A stretch of 64,000 nt of DNA from a bacterium (GCA_965200245.1 CBDATS010000004.1:736001-800000); one strand, 5' to 3'; positions 29,842 through 41,092 are shown, numbered from the stretch's first letter. The notes: generated by a model not told the origin, from the sequence alone. Translations and numbers: made by a program.

Positions 29842-31746
29842 TCATCGCGCCGTGAGATACAGAAGAATCGCCAGTGCGCCGACCAGCATCGAAACGGCGT
29901 AGCTCTTCACGTAGCCTGTCTGGAGACGCCTCAGGACACCGCCCAGCGAGCGCACAAAAAAGCCCATCCCGTTCACGGCCGCATCCACCATGCCATCCTC
30001 GAACACTCTCCAGCACCAGATCGATGCCCGCTTCACCGGCTGGACGATCACGGCGTCGTATATCTCGTCCACGTAATACCTGTTCACCAGGAGGTCGCGG
30101 ACGCCCGGCCAGAGTTCCGCGTAGGAACCATGGCCGTCCTGTTTGCGCACGTATAGATTGTAGGCCGCATAGATGCCGAAGAAGGCGATGGCGAGCGAGA
30201 AGAGCATCATCAAAACCTCGAACACCACCTCGTGGTGCGCTTCGGCGTGTCCGCCGAAAACGGGCGCGAGAAAATCGCCAAAAACGTTCGCGCCGGCGAA
30301 AACGGGAATCCCCACCCAGCCGCCGACGAGGGAGAGTGCCGCCAGCACCTGGAGCGGCAGCGTCATGTTCACGGGGGATTCATGGACTTTCTGCTGTTCC
30401 GCCAGGCTCAGGTTACACGCGCCAAAGAATACCCGGAACAGGAGCCTGAACATGTAGAACGCAGTCATCAGCGCACCGGCCGCCCCTGCAAGCCAAAGGA
30501 GAAGGCCACCGCGTTCCGCCGTCATGGCAGCGTAGAGAATCGCGTCCTTGCTGAAAAAACCCGCGAAGGGGAATATCCCCGCAATGGCGAGCGAGCCGAT
30601 AATGAAGGTGCTGCTCGTTTGCGGAAGCGCAGCCCGGAGTCCTCCCATCCTGCGGATGTCCTGCTCGCCGCCGAGCGCGTGAATCACGCTTCCCGCGCCC
30701 AGGAACAGGAGCGCCTTGAAGAACGCATGGGTCATGAGATGGAAGATCGCCGCGGAGAACGCCCCCACGCCGCACGCAAGAAACATATAGCCCAGCTGGC
30801 TCACCGTGCTGTAGGCGAGCACCTTCTTGATGTCGGTCTGCACAACGGCGATGGAAGCCGCCATCAACAGCGTGGCCGCGCCGATTACAGCCACGACCAG
30901 CATCGCTGCAGAAGAGAGTTCGAACAGAACGTGTGTTCTCGCCACCATGTAGACACCCGCCGTCACCATCGTGGCCGCGTGTATCAGGGCGCTGACGGGG
31001 GTGGGACCCTCCATCGCGTCGGGCAGCCAGACGTAGAGCGGAATCTGCGCGCTCTTGCCCGTCGCCCCCGCGAAGAGCAGCAGACAGATGATCGTCGCGG
31101 CAGTACTCTCGGGGCCGAGCAACTCGGGTGCCTTCGAGAGCACCACCTGGAAATCCAGCGAGCCCACGATGCTGTAGATGTAGAAAAGCGCTATCAGGAA
31201 GCAGAAATCGCCGACCCGGTTCACGATGAAAGCCTTCTTGCCCGCTTCGGCCGCCGCCTTCCGCTCGTACCAGAAGCCGATGAGCAGGTAGCTGCAAAGA
31301 CCCACTGCCTCCCATCCCACGAACATGACCACGAAGTTGTCGCCCAGCACGAGCGTGAGCATCGACAGCGAGAAGAGGTTCAGGTAGATGAAATAGCGGA
31401 CCACGCCCCTGTCACCGTGCATGTAGCCCATCGAGTAGAGATGGATGAGCGTCCCCACGCCGGTCACGACGAGCACCATGACGGCCGAGACAGGATCGAG
31501 CGCGAAGGCAGCCTCGACCTTGAAGGTGCCCACCGGAATCCATTCGAACAGGGCGACGCGGATGACGCGTTCCTTTTCGGGCATCCCGAGCAAGCGCAGC
31601 CAGCTTGCGAGCGAGACCGCGAAGGAGAACGCCATCGCCGCCGTCGCGGTCCAGCCGGCGAATTTTTCCCCGCGCCTCCAGCCCAGGATCAGGTTCACCA
31701 GCACACCGATGAGCGGGAACACCAATATGAGGGTCAAGCTATCCAT
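29842..31746 (-). CDS. nuoL: NADH-quinone oxidoreductase subunit L (operon 1)
   Basis: GKSAQIPLYVWLPDAMEGPTPVSAL. Confidence 0.95.
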   Translation of the reverse strand: MDSLTLILVFPLIGVLVNLILGWRRGEKFAGWTATAAMAFSFAVSLASWLRLLGMPEKERVIRVALFEWIPVGTFKVEAAFALDPVSAVMVLVVTGVGTLIHLYSMGYMHGDRGVVRYFIYLNLFSLSMLTLVLGDNFVVMFVGWEAVGLCSYLLIGFWYERKAAAEAGKKAFIVNRVGDFCFLIALFYIYSIVGSLDFQVVLSKAPELLGPESTAATIICLLLFAGATGKSAQIPLYVWLPDAMEGPTPVSALIHAATMVTAGVYMVARTHVLFELSSAAMLVVAVIGAATLLMAASIAVVQTDIKKVLAYSTVSQLGYMFLACGVGAFSAAIFHLMTHAFFKALLFLGAGSVIHALGGEQDIRRMGGLRAALPQTSSTFIIGSLAIAGIFPFAGFFSKDAILYAAMTAERGGLLLWLAGAAGALMTAFYMFRLLFRVFFGACNLSLAEQQKVHESPVNMTLPLQVLAALSLVGGWVGIPVFAGANVFGDFLAPVFGGHAEAHHEVVFEVLMMLFSLAIAFFGIYAAYNLYVRKQDGHGSYAELWPGVRDLLVNRYYVDEIYDAVIVQPVKRASIWCWRVFEDGMVDAAVNGMGFFVRSLGGVLRRLQTGYVKSYAVSMLVGALAILLYLTAR

Positions 31747-31758
31747 GATTCCTTGGCT

Positions 31759-32061
31759 CTATAGCTTCAGCAGATTGATTTCGTCCAAGTCAGTGGACTC
31801 GCGGTTCCGGTAGATCAACACGACGATGGCCAGCCCGATGGCGGCTTCCGCAGCCGCCACCGCCATCACGAAAAACACGACCATCTGGCCCACCATCGAA
31901 TCGAGGTACCGGCCATAGGCCACAAACGCCAGATTCGCTCCATTCATCATCAGTTCGATACACAGGATGACAACGAGAGCGTTCCTGCGCACAACGACAC
32001 CCACTACGCCCAGGGAGAAGAGAATCGCGCTCAGAATCAGGTAATGCTCGAGCGGCACCAC
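31759..32061 (-). CDS. nuoK: NADH-quinone oxidoreductase subunit K (operon 1)
   Basis: RRNALV..CIELM, VAAAEAAIGLA. Confidence 0.95.
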   Translation of the reverse strand: MVPLEHYLILSAILFSLGVVGVVVRRNALVVILCIELMMNGANLAFVAYGRYLDSMVGQMVVFFVMAVAAAEAAIGLAIVVLIYRNRESTDLDEINLLKL

Positions 32062-32073
32062 GTCCCATTCCTC

Positions 32074-32592
32074 CTAGCGGCTTCGCCTGCGCGCCAGCAC
32101 CACGGCGCCGACGATGCCCACGAACAACAACACGCCCATCGCCTGAAACGGCAGGACGTAATCCGTCAACAGGAGATTTCCGACCACCTGCGTGTTCCCC
32201 AGCTCGTCCACCCGCTCGGTCGGGAAACTCCCCTTCCTGCCCGTCATGAGGGAGGTGGAGAGGAATATCTTGAGCAGCACGCTGAAAACCGCGAGCCCCG
32301 CTATGGCGCCCAGCATCTTCTGGCCGGGAAGGAGAAGTTCCCTTTTCTCCTCACGGCCCAGGTTGATCAGCATCACCACGAACAGGAAGAGCATCATGAT
32401 CGCGCTGGCGTAGATGATCACCTGAACGATGGCGACAAACTGCGCGTGAAGTGAAAGATACAGCCCCGCGAGGCCCAGGAAGGTCAATATCAGGGCGAGC
32501 ACGCTGTAGAGCGGACTCGGGAACACGACCACGGCTATCGCGCCTACCGTCGTCACCACCGCCAGGAAATAAAAAAACAGGGACCCGGCCAC
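32074..32592 (-). CDS. nuoJ: NADH-quinone oxidoreductase subunit J (operon 1)
   Basis: AQFVAIVQVIIYASAIMMLFLFVVML; position between nuoI and nuoK. Confidence 0.93.
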   Translation of the reverse strand: MAGSLFFYFLAVVTTVGAIAVVVFPSPLYSVLALILTFLGLAGLYLSLHAQFVAIVQVIIYASAIMMLFLFVVMLINLGREEKRELLLPGQKMLGAIAGLAVFSVLLKIFLSTSLMTGRKGSFPTERVDELGNTQVVGNLLLTDYVLPFQAMGVLLFVGIVGAVVLARRRSR

Positions 32593-32637
32593 TACCGCCC
32601 TTCCTCCTGCGGGCGGGCGCCCGCTTCAAATCGAATC

Positions 32638-33117
32638 CTAGACATACGTGAGCAGGTTTTTCTCGTCATAGCGGGCGTGAAGTTCCGGGTGATCCTCGGT
32701 GCGCTTCACGAGCAAATCGCCCTTCTCATAGAGGAACTTGCCCCGATCGTCCTGACAGAATTCATACTCGTTGCCCAGCACGATCGCGCCGACCGGACAG
32801 GCCTCCTCGCAGTACCCACAGAAGATGCAGCGAAGCTCGTTTATCTCGTATATGCTGGCGTAGCGCTCGCCCTTTGAAGTCGGCGCATCGGGGCTGTTCT
32901 CCTCCGATTCCACGTAGATGCAATCCACAGGACACGCAGCCGAGCAGAGTTTGCATCCCACGCAGCGCTCAAGACCATCCTCCCAGCGCAGCAACTTGTG
33001 AAGACCCCGGTAGCCCACGGGCATCTCTTCCTTGATATCGGGGTACTGCACGGTCACGCGGTTTTTGAAGGAATGCCTGAGCGTCAGCCACAACCCCTTG
33101 CAAATCTCACCTAGCAT
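32638..33117 (-). CDS. nuoI: NADH-quinone oxidoreductase subunit I (operon 1)
   Basis: Two 4Fe-4S motifs: CVGCKLCSAACP and CIFCGYCEEACP. Confidence 0.96.
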   Translation of the reverse strand: MLGEICKGLWLTLRHSFKNRVTVQYPDIKEEMPVGYRGLHKLLRWEDGLERCVGCKLCSAACPVDCIYVESEENSPDAPTSKGERYASIYEINELRCIFCGYCEEACPVGAIVLGNEYEFCQDDRGKFLYEKGDLLVKRTEDHPELHARYDEKNLLTYV

Positions 33118-33144
33118 GAAACCTCCCCCCTTTCGATCGGCCCG

Positions 33145-34125
33145 CTAGCCAAGGTAAACGACTGCGCCGGCAGTGAGCATCACGTTCAGGATAGAGAGCG
33201 GCAGAAGCACCTTCCATCCGAAACCCATCAGCTGGTCATAGCGCAGGCGCGGGGTGGATGCGCGCAGCCACATGAAAAAGAACATGAACGCCAGCACCTT
33301 GATCAGGAACCACAGGACGGGCGGCAGCAGCGGTCCGCGCCACCCGCCGAGGAAAAACGTCGCCCCCACCGCCGAGAGCGTGATCATACTGCAGTACTCC
33401 GCGAGAAAGTAGACCGCAAAGTGCATGCTGCTGTACTCGGTATGAAAGCCGCCCGTGAGTTCGCTTTCGGCCTCGGGCAAATCGAACGGCGCCCGGTTCG
33501 TCTCCGCCAGCATGCAGATGACGAAGAGCAGAAAACCCAGGGGCTGCAGGATGATATAGGGCATCCCGGCCTGACCCTCGACGATCTCCTTCAGGCTCAG
33601 GGTACCGGAGATCATCACCACACCCAGAAGCGACATCCCGAGCGAGAGTTCGTAGCTGATGAGCTGCGCTGCCGATCGGAGCCCGCCGAGGAGCGGATAT
33701 TTGCTGTTCGAGGCCCATGAGCCGAGCACGACGCCGTACACCCCGATGCCCGCCATGGCGAAGACGTAGAGGATCCCGACGTTCACGTCCGCCACCACCA
33801 GGTCCACTTTCTGGCCGAGGAAGCTTACGGAATCGCCGAAGGGAACCACGGCGAAGGCGGCCAGTGCCGGGATGAGCGTAATGGCCGGCGCGAGAACGTA
33901 AATCACCTTGTTGGCCTGAGCGGGAATGATGGTTTCCTTGAACATGAGCTTGATGCCGTCGGCGATGGGCTGCAAAAGCCCCGCCGGACCCACGCGGTTG
34001 GGACCCACGCGCACCTGTACGAGCGCGAACACCCGCCGTTCCATCCAGGTCATGTAGGCGGCGAGCAGCAAGAGCCCGCCAAAGCCTACGAGCACTTTTC
34101 CGAGAATGATGAGCAGAGAGACCAT
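33145..34125 (-). CDS. nuoH: NADH-quinone oxidoreductase subunit H (operon 1)
   Basis: [29 protein letters not shown]. Confidence 0.95.
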   Translation of the reverse strand: MVSLLIILGKVLVGFGGLLLLAAYMTWMERRVFALVQVRVGPNRVGPAGLLQPIADGIKLMFKETIIPAQANKVIYVLAPAITLIPALAAFAVVPFGDSVSFLGQKVDLVVADVNVGILYVFAMAGIGVYGVVLGSWASNSKYPLLGGLRSAAQLISYELSLGMSLLGVVMISGTLSLKEIVEGQAGMPYIILQPLGFLLFVICMLAETNRAPFDLPEAESELTGGFHTEYSSMHFAVYFLAEYCSMITLSAVGATFFLGGWRGPLLPPVLWFLIKVLAFMFFFMWLRASTPRLRYDQLMGFGWKVLLPLSILNVMLTAGAVVYLG

Positions 34126-36723
34126 CTAGGCGCCCACCTCCAGGGGGTTCTCTGCCCTGCGGACCTGAATCTCCACACCCTGGCGGCCCGGCGCGCCGCC
34201 GGTATTCAGGAGCGAGTCACCATGCACGCGCAAGCAACCCTCGGGCGCAAAGGCGACACCTGTGGGCACGTTCCTGTCGACGTGCACAGGAAGCCGCACA
34301 ATCTCGCCGCCCACCTCGAATTCCACAGATTCGCCGTCTGCGACGCCCAGTTTTTCTGCGTCACCCGGCGAGAGGGCGAGCGCGGCCTCGGGCATATCGG
34401 CCAGATGACAGGCCGACCCCATATACGCCCCGGAAAGCCACAGGACGGGCGTAAGCAGCATCCTGAGACCCGGCTCCTGCGCCTCTTTTTCGGGAATCTG
34501 CGCGATCTGGAAGGTTCGCACTCCTTCCCGTTCCAGATGCAGACCCTCATCGGATATCCGTCCGAAAGCGTCCGCGTAATCACCGATGAGCGAGCGCGCC
34601 TGAATCTGAATCTTCTCCAGCACATTCGCCCGCAGGGGCCGTTCCATCGCCTTTGCGATATCGACGAAGGCCCGCCAGGCTTCGGGGATCATCTTGTCAA
34701 TCATTGGCTTGAGCGTGCGCGGGAGGGACTGCACCCTGCGTTCCAGGTTCGTGACGCTGCCCGCCTCCTCATAAAGCGTGGGTGCGGGGATCACGACATC
34801 CGCAAATTGCGCGCTTACGTTCAAATGAGACGTCTGCAGGACGACGAAATCGGCCTTTCCGAGCGCCTCGCGCGCTCGCGCACCGTCGGGATGCTCCGCC
34901 GGCGGGTCACAACCCAGAATGTAGAGGCCCTTCACTTCACCGCTGGCGAGGCCATCCAGTATGTCACCCGCGCCCTTGCCGGCTTGCGCGTCGGGTGGCC
35001 TGCCCCACACCTCCCCGCAGACGACGCGCGCAACCTCGTCCGACAACTCACCGCCGGGCAGCATTTCAGGGTGCAGACCCATATCGACCGCCCCCTGGAG
35101 ATTCGGTGCGCCGGTGGCGAAGAGTATGTTGGCGCGCAGCAGGAATCCCAGATTGATCGCCTCCGTTACGGCGACCTTCCCGGTCTCCCCGGGGCCTGAG
35201 ACAACGCTCACGGGGCCTTTTGCCCCCAGAATCGCGCGGGTGGCGTCCATGATGTCCTCGGCCGCCACGTCCGCCTCCTCGCAGAGACGCGTCAGTTCCA
35301 CCGAATCGAGGAGCGCAGCGTACTCCGCCGCGTTCGCTCCTTCCGGCTTCATACCGCCGTCCACGAGGCAGGTCGCCAGTGCGCGCAGCGTACGCGAAAT
35401 ACCGCCCAACACCGGCACCAGGTGATGCGTCCAGCCCTGAACGCGCAGGTCGATACGCCTTTGGTTCACGTTGACGATGACGGCACCTGCCCGGTGCGCC
35501 TTCCTGATCTGAAGCGCGAGTATGGGATGTTGCGTGAACGGGTCGCTGCCCACAATGACGATGGCCTTCGAGCGGCCCAACTCCTCGATGGAACCCGCGC
35601 CGCCCACGCCGCCGAGAGCCGCGCGCTGAACGTCCGTCTGCACAATATCGCGCGGATGAATTCGGCTGTCCACATGGTTGGTTCCCAGAACCGATCGCAT
35701 GAACACGCCGAACTGATAGGCCGTTTCGTTTGTGGAAGAAGCTCCACCCAGGCCGGCGACGGCGCTGCCGCCTGATTTTTCGACGATAGCGCCCAAACCC
35801 CTCGCAGCCTCGCCGACAGCCTCCGCCCAGCCGACAGTCACCAACTCGCCGTCTTTCCGGATCATCGGCTGCGTGATGCGCCCCCCGCCGTGTGCGCCGC
35901 TCCAGCCGAAGCGCGCGACATCACATATCCAGGTGTCGTTCACCCTTTCGTTCTCTGCCGCCGTGACGCGCTTTATCTCGCCGTCCTTCGTCCAGACGCT
36001 CTGGTGGCAACCCACGCTGCACAGCGTGCAGGGACCCCGGGATTCCTCCATCTCCCACACGCGGGCAGTGAAGCGGTACTTGTTGTCCGTGAGCGCACCT
36101 ACGGGGCAGATGTCGATGACGTTGCCCGATACGATGCTTGTAAGCGGAAGATCCTCGAAGATGCCCACCTCGGTCCTGTCGCCACGCTGCGCCCAGCCGA
36201 ACTCCGCACCGCCGTCGATCTCCTCGGTGAAGCGAATGCACCGCGTGCAGTGCACACAGCGGTTCATCTCGGGCTTGATGAAGGGGCTCAACTCCTTGCG
36301 TGGATAGATGCGCCGGAACTCGTGCGTCCTGCTGATCGCCTTGCCGTAGGCCATGGTCTGATCCTGCAGGGGGCACTCACCACCCTGATCGCACACGGGA
36401 CAATCGAGCGGGTGGTTCTTGAGCAGAAACTCGAACACCCCTTCCTGCGCCTCGATGACGCGCGGGGTTACCGAACTGACCACCATGCCCTCCGCCACGG
36501 GCGTGGCGCACGAAGGCTGCAGCTTGGGTATCGGCCTGCCGTTTCCGGCGTCGAGCACCTCGACGAGACATGCCCGGCACTGGCCCACGATGGAGAGGTT
36601 CCTGTGGTAGCAGAAATGCGGAACGTGCGCGCCGATACGAAGCGCGGCCTCCAGCACGGGCAGACCCCTATCCATCGTGACGCTCTGGTCGTTGAATACG
36701 AAGGTTACCTGCTCATTCGACAT
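34126..36723 (-). CDS. nuoG: NADH-quinone oxidoreductase subunit G
   Basis: PHFCYH...CRAC, HPLDCPVCDQGGEC, CVHCTRC, plus an N7-type CTLCSVGC...ICD motif. Confidence 0.95.
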   Translation of the reverse strand: MSNEQVTFVFNDQSVTMDRGLPVLEAALRIGAHVPHFCYHRNLSIVGQCRACLVEVLDAGNGRPIPKLQPSCATPVAEGMVVSSVTPRVIEAQEGVFEFLLKNHPLDCPVCDQGGECPLQDQTMAYGKAISRTHEFRRIYPRKELSPFIKPEMNRCVHCTRCIRFTEEIDGGAEFGWAQRGDRTEVGIFEDLPLTSIVSGNVIDICPVGALTDNKYRFTARVWEMEESRGPCTLCSVGCHQSVWTKDGEIKRVTAAENERVNDTWICDVARFGWSGAHGGGRITQPMIRKDGELVTVGWAEAVGEAARGLGAIVEKSGGSAVAGLGGASSTNETAYQFGVFMRSVLGTNHVDSRIHPRDIVQTDVQRAALGGVGGAGSIEELGRSKAIVIVGSDPFTQHPILALQIRKAHRAGAVIVNVNQRRIDLRVQGWTHHLVPVLGGISRTLRALATCLVDGGMKPEGANAAEYAALLDSVELTRLCEEADVAAEDIMDATRAILGAKGPVSVVSGPGETGKVAVTEAINLGFLLRANILFATGAPNLQGAVDMGLHPEMLPGGELSDEVARVVCGEVWGRPPDAQAGKGAGDILDGLASGEVKGLYILGCDPPAEHPDGARAREALGKADFVVLQTSHLNVSAQFADVVIPAPTLYEEAGSVTNLERRVQSLPRTLKPMIDKMIPEAWRAFVDIAKAMERPLRANVLEKIQIQARSLIGDYADAFGRISDEGLHLEREGVRTFQIAQIPEKEAQEPGLRMLLTPVLWLSGAYMGSACHLADMPEAALALSPGDAEKLGVADGESVEFEVGGEIVRLPVHVDRNVPTGVAFAPEGCLRVHGDSLLNTGGAPGRQGVEIQVRRAENPLEVGA

Positions 36724-36740
36724 CTATCGCCTCTTCCCTG

Positions 36741-38045
36741 TCACACCGTGGAGGGATACGGGCTGCCCAGCGGGCAGCGGCCCAGAGTATTGTGCGCTTC
36801 GAACTCGTCGTGGAATTTCGTCAGGAACGCGCCGAACATCATGGCGCACGCGTCCGAGAGCACGCAGATGGTGTTGCCGCGCATGTTGGGGTCTATCGAC
36901 GCGAGGGTTTCCAGATCATCGGGTTTGCCCTCGCCCTTCTCGATGCGTGCCAGAATCTCGGACACCCAGCCGGTTCCCTCCCGGCAGACCGAGCACTGCC
37001 CGCAGGATTCGTGTTCAAAAAAGGCGGCAAGCCTGCCCGCGGCCTGCACCATGCACGTCGTCTCGTCCATGACAATGACCCCGCCGCTTCCGCCCATGCT
37101 GCCCGCACGGGCCAAAGAATCGAAATCCATCGTCACCCTGTCCTCGTAAACTTCCTTCGCGGTGAGGACAGGCGCGCTCGCGCCACCGGGAATCACTGCT
37201 TTCAGGGCCGCGCCGTTTCGCATGCCGCCACAGTGTTCGTGAATCATCTCCTCGCAAGTGAGACCGAGCGGCAACTCGTAAAGGCCCGGCTTCGTCACGT
37301 GGCCCGAAACACAGTACATACGGGTGCCCGCGTTCTTCTCGTCGATTCCGATGCCCGCGAACCATTCCGCTCCTCTGTTCACGATGTGGGGGAGATTCGC
37401 GAGTGTCTCCACGTTGTTGATGACCGTGGGTCGCGCATAGAGGCCCACCACGGCCGGAAACGGCGGTTTGAGACGCGGGTGGCCGCGCTTGCCCTCGAGC
37501 GACTCCAGAAGACCCGTCTCCTCGCCGCAGATGTAGGCGCCTGCCCCCCTGTGGGTGTAGATATCGCATGAAAATCCGCTGCCCATGATGTTCCGGCCCG
37601 CGTAGCCCTTCCCGTAGGCCTCGGCCAGCGCCTTCTCCACAACACGCCAGGGGGCGACGAACTCTCCCCGAATGTAGATATAGGCCTTCTCGATGCCCAC
37701 GGCGTAGCACGCGATGAGAATGCCTTCGATGAGCTGGTGCGGGTCGCGCAGCATGAGTTCGCGGTCCTTGAACGTGCCGGGTTCTCCCTCGTCCGCGTTG
37801 ACGGCCAGGTATTTCGGCCCCTCCACCTGGGGAACGAAACTCCACTTGAGGCCACAGGGGAACCCCGCGCCACCGCGCCCTCGCAGGCCCGAGGCTTTCA
37901 CCATTTCGATGACGTCTGCGGGTTCGACACCGCCCAGGAGCCTGCGTATTGCCTCGTAGCCGCCCGATGCCTCATAGCCAGCGATATGGGGCGCATCGGG
38001 GTTATCGAACCGGCCCGTAACAATTTTCTCCAGCACCAGCGCCAT
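36741..38045 (-). CDS. nuoF: NADH-quinone oxidoreductase subunit F
   Basis: GLRGRGGAGFP, NADEGEPGTFKDR, GAYICGEETGL, ESCGQCSVCREG. Confidence 0.96.
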   Translation of the reverse strand: MALVLEKIVTGRFDNPDAPHIAGYEASGGYEAIRRLLGGVEPADVIEMVKASGLRGRGGAGFPCGLKWSFVPQVEGPKYLAVNADEGEPGTFKDRELMLRDPHQLIEGILIACYAVGIEKAYIYIRGEFVAPWRVVEKALAEAYGKGYAGRNIMGSGFSCDIYTHRGAGAYICGEETGLLESLEGKRGHPRLKPPFPAVVGLYARPTVINNVETLANLPHIVNRGAEWFAGIGIDEKNAGTRMYCVSGHVTKPGLYELPLGLTCEEMIHEHCGGMRNGAALKAVIPGGASAPVLTAKEVYEDRVTMDFDSLARAGSMGGSGGVIVMDETTCMVQAAGRLAAFFEHESCGQCSVCREGTGWVSEILARIEKGEGKPDDLETLASIDPNMRGNTICVLSDACAMMFGAFLTKFHDEFEAHNTLGRCPLGSPYPSTV

Positions 38046-38055
38046 TTTCGGATCC

Positions 38056-38655
38056 TCAGTCCTGGCCTTCGCCGTGCGTTTCCCTGGTACCCGCCAGTGC
38101 GGGTGATACCACCTCGTCCGCTCCGATGGGAGAGACCGTCTCGCCCTTTTCCAGTGCGGTCAGGATATCATTCATGATCTCCGGCGTTACACGCTCGAAG
38201 TAGTCTTCGTTTACCTGCACGCAGGGAGCACCTCCGCACGCGCCGAGGCATTCAACCGCCTCTATCGAGAACTTCCCGTCCTGGCGCGTTTGGCCCGTGC
38301 GGCAATCGAGTCGGTTCTCTATCTCGCGCAACAGCCTGCCCGCCCCCATCAAGGAACACGATAGGTTGTTGCATACCTGCACATGGAATTCGCCGATGGG
38401 CTGCGTCTTGAGCATGGTGTAGAAGCTCACCACGCTCCATACCTCCATGGCGGAGACCTCGAAAATCCCGGCCACATGCTGCATTGCCGCACTGGTGATG
38501 TAACCCGCCTGCTTCTGGGCCAGTTGAAGAGCGGGGATGAGAGCTGATCGTTTCACCGGATATTTGGCGATGATGCGTTCCAGTTCCGCTCGGTTCTCTG
38601 GCGAGAACTCGAAATGCTCTTCCTGCCCGGAATGGGGAAACCGTATCAACGCCAA
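38056..38655 (-). CDS. nuoE: NADH-quinone oxidoreductase subunit E
   Basis: VCNNLSC and ECLGACGGAP 2Fe-2S ligands. Confidence 0.95.
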   Translation of the reverse strand: MALIRFPHSGQEEHFEFSPENRAELERIIAKYPVKRSALIPALQLAQKQAGYITSAAMQHVAGIFEVSAMEVWSVVSFYTMLKTQPIGEFHVQVCNNLSCSLMGAGRLLREIENRLDCRTGQTRQDGKFSIEAVECLGACGGAPCVQVNEDYFERVTPEIMNDILTALEKGETVSPIGADEVVSPALAGTRETHGEGQD

Positions 38656-38681
38656 AACAGTACCGCCTTCTCTGTTTCCTC

Positions 38682-39905
38682 TCAGCGATCTATCTCGCCC
38701 AGCACGATGTCGATGCTGCCAATGGCGGCCACGACATCGCCCATCAGACCGCCCCGGGTGATGTCGGGCAGCGCGTGAAGATTCGCAAAACTGGGCGCGC
38801 GCACTTTTACCTTATAAGGACCCGGGCTGCCATCGCTGATGATGTAATAGCCGAGTTCCCCCCGGGGGGACTCGATAGCACAGTACACCTCGCCCTCGGG
38901 CACGCTGTAGCCCTCGGTGAATATCTTGAAGTGGTGGATCAGCGCCTCCATGTCATGGGCCAACTGCTCCTTGGGCGGCGGGACCACCTTGGGATTGTCC
39001 GCCATGAGGGGTCCCTCGGGCATGCCCTCGAGCGCCTGCATGGCGATGCGCCGGGACTCGCGCATCTCGGCGACGCGCACCAGATATCTGTCGAGAATGT
39101 CGCCCCGCTCGCCCACGGGAACCTCGAAGTCGAATTCCTCATAGCCCGAGTAGGGCTCGTTCTTGCGGATGTCGTAGGGGACACCGCAGGCTCTGAGCAA
39201 GGGACCCGTGATCCCCAGGGCGCAGGCCTGCTCGACCGTCATGGCGCACACGCCCTCCGCGCGCCTTCGATAGATGGGGTTGTTGGTGAGGAGTTCCTCA
39301 TACTCGTCCACGCGATCAGAGAAGGGCTCCAGAAAATTCCGGCAATCCTCATAAAACGCCGCGTATGGTTCGCGTGCCACGCCGCCCACACGGAAATAGC
39401 TGGTCATCATGCGCACGCCCGAGACCTTCTCGAAAATCTTGAGTAACTGTTCGCGCTCCCTGAAGCAATAGAGAAAGACCGTCATCGCGCCCAGATCAAG
39501 TGCGTGTGTACCGAGCCAGACCAGGTGGCTGTTCAGGCGTGTCATCTCGGCGAGCAACACGCGCAAATACCTGCAGCGCCGGGGAACCTCCATGTCCAGG
39601 AGTTTCTCCACCGCCAGCACGAAACCCAGGTTGTTCGACATGGGTGCCAGATAATCCATGCGGTCGGTCATGGGGAGCGCCTTGTTGTAGGTCTTCTCCT
39701 CCATGTTCTTCTCGATACCGGTGTGCAGGTAACCGATGATGGGCTTGCACGTGAGCACCGTCTCGCCGTCGAGTTCGAGCACCACGCGCAAAACCCCGTG
39801 TGTGCTCGGGTGCTGCGGCCCCATGTTGAGCGTCATGGTCTCGGCCTGGATGGGACCGAGCATGTCGCTGTCGAGGGGGTCCGTGCGCCGGGAATCCGTT
39901 ACCAT
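38682..39905 (-). CDS. nuoD: NADH-quinone oxidoreductase subunit D (operon 1)
   Basis: NMGPQHPSTHGVLR, MEALIHHFK, IDIVLGEIDR. Confidence 0.96.
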   Translation of the reverse strand: MVTDSRRTDPLDSDMLGPIQAETMTLNMGPQHPSTHGVLRVVLELDGETVLTCKPIIGYLHTGIEKNMEEKTYNKALPMTDRMDYLAPMSNNLGFVLAVEKLLDMEVPRRCRYLRVLLAEMTRLNSHLVWLGTHALDLGAMTVFLYCFREREQLLKIFEKVSGVRMMTSYFRVGGVAREPYAAFYEDCRNFLEPFSDRVDEYEELLTNNPIYRRRAEGVCAMTVEQACALGITGPLLRACGVPYDIRKNEPYSGYEEFDFEVPVGERGDILDRYLVRVAEMRESRRIAMQALEGMPEGPLMADNPKVVPPPKEQLAHDMEALIHHFKIFTEGYSVPEGEVYCAIESPRGELGYYIISDGSPGPYKVKVRAPSFANLHALPDITRGGLMGDVVAAIGSIDIVLGEIDR

Positions 39906-39923
39906 CGATAGCCCTCGTAATCC

Positions 39924-40484
39924 TTATTCCACCGCCCGGGGCTTGCCCGCGGGGGTATTCCGGAAGGTGAACGCCACCGGCTCGGCGGAGATATCAAAAT
40001 CCTTGCGGTGGGGATGTCCCTCGAAGCCATCGGGCGTAAGGATACGCTCGAGTTCGGGGTGTCCCTCGAAAGTAATTCCCAAAAGGTCGTACGCCTCGCT
40101 CTCATGGAGTCTGGCGCCGGGCCATATCCCGCAGACGCTGGGCATTTTCGGCTCCAGATCGTCCGCGCAGGGAACTTCCAGGCGCAGGCGCCGTGACTTC
40201 TCGGGATTCAGGAGCGAATACGTCACCTTGAACCGGTAGGAAACCGGCAATTCCAGACAATCCACCCCGCAGACGAAGCTCAACAGCCTGTAACCTCTCT
40301 CATCGCGCAAAAAGCTGGCCGCGTCGAGCAAGGCTTCCGGCGAGACCTGCGCGGAAATCTGGCCGCGATGCTCGCGCGCGCCGAGAAAGCCGCCCCCAAT
40401 CTTCGCCTGAAGCAGGACAAGGTCCGGTTCCGTCTTCTCGATGGGCTCCGCCGTCCCTGCCTGCTCGCGCTCCCCTTCACTCAA
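39924..40484 (-). CDS. nuoC: NADH-quinone oxidoreductase subunit C (operon 1)
   Basis: HESEAYDLLGITFEGHP.LERIL, GHPHRKDF. Confidence 0.92.
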   Translation of the reverse strand: MSEGEREQAGTAEPIEKTEPDLVLLQAKIGGGFLGAREHRGQISAQVSPEALLDAASFLRDERGYRLLSFVCGVDCLELPVSYRFKVTYSLLNPEKSRRLRLEVPCADDLEPKMPSVCGIWPGARLHESEAYDLLGITFEGHPELERILTPDGFEGHPHRKDFDISAEPVAFTFRNTPAGKPRAVE

Positions 40485-40594
40485 CGGCTCAATCCCTCAA
40501 TCAGCAAAGGTGTGTTCATTTCAAGAAAAACGCTCACCCGGGCTTCGCTTCGACTTTCGAAACTCACACGGCGCGGGAAGCTTTCTCACGTTAT

Positions 40595-41092
40595 CTATAG
40601 CGAGGTGACGCCGGAATCCTCTCGGTAGAGCGTTTCATCCGCAATCTTCGCCTGAAGCTTCATGATTCCGTCGATGAGCGTTTCGGGACGCGGCGGACAG
40701 CCCGGCACATAGATATCAACGGGGACTACCTCGTCCACACCCTGTACGAGGGCGTAGTTGTTGAATATCCCGCCCGTGGAAGCGCACGCACCCATGGAAA
40801 TCACCCATTTCGGATCAGGCATCTGATCGTATATCTGCCGCAGCACGGGCGCCATCTTGCGCGACACCCTGCCCGCCACGATCATCAGGTCCGCCTGGCG
40901 CGGCGACGCGCGGAACACCTCGGCACCGAAACGCGATATGTCATATTTTGCCGCCGAAGTCGACATCATCTCGATGGCGCAGCACGCCAGGCCGAAAAGC
41001 GCGGGCCAAAGGCTGTTCTTGCGGGCCCATTTGATGACGTCGGTCGCGCGGCCCAGTACCACCTGGCCCTCGAGTTGCTGTTCTAGTCCCAT
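40595..41092 (-). CDS. nuoB: NADH-quinone oxidoreductase subunit B (operon 1)
   Basis: [27 protein letters not shown]. Confidence 0.95.
   Translation of the reverse strand: MGLEQQLEGQVVLGRATDVIKWARKNSLWPALFGLACCAIEMMSTSAAKYDISRFGAEVFRASPRQADLMIVAGRVSRKMAPVLRQIYDQMPDPKWVISMGACASTGGIFNNYALVQGVDEVVPVDIYVPGCPPRPETLIDGIMKLQAKIADETLYREDSGVTSL

Noticed and set aside
17238-37571. Many long plus-strand ORFs opposite the nuo genes
   Set aside because: Antisense shadows of high-GC coding sequence with no recognisable motifs.
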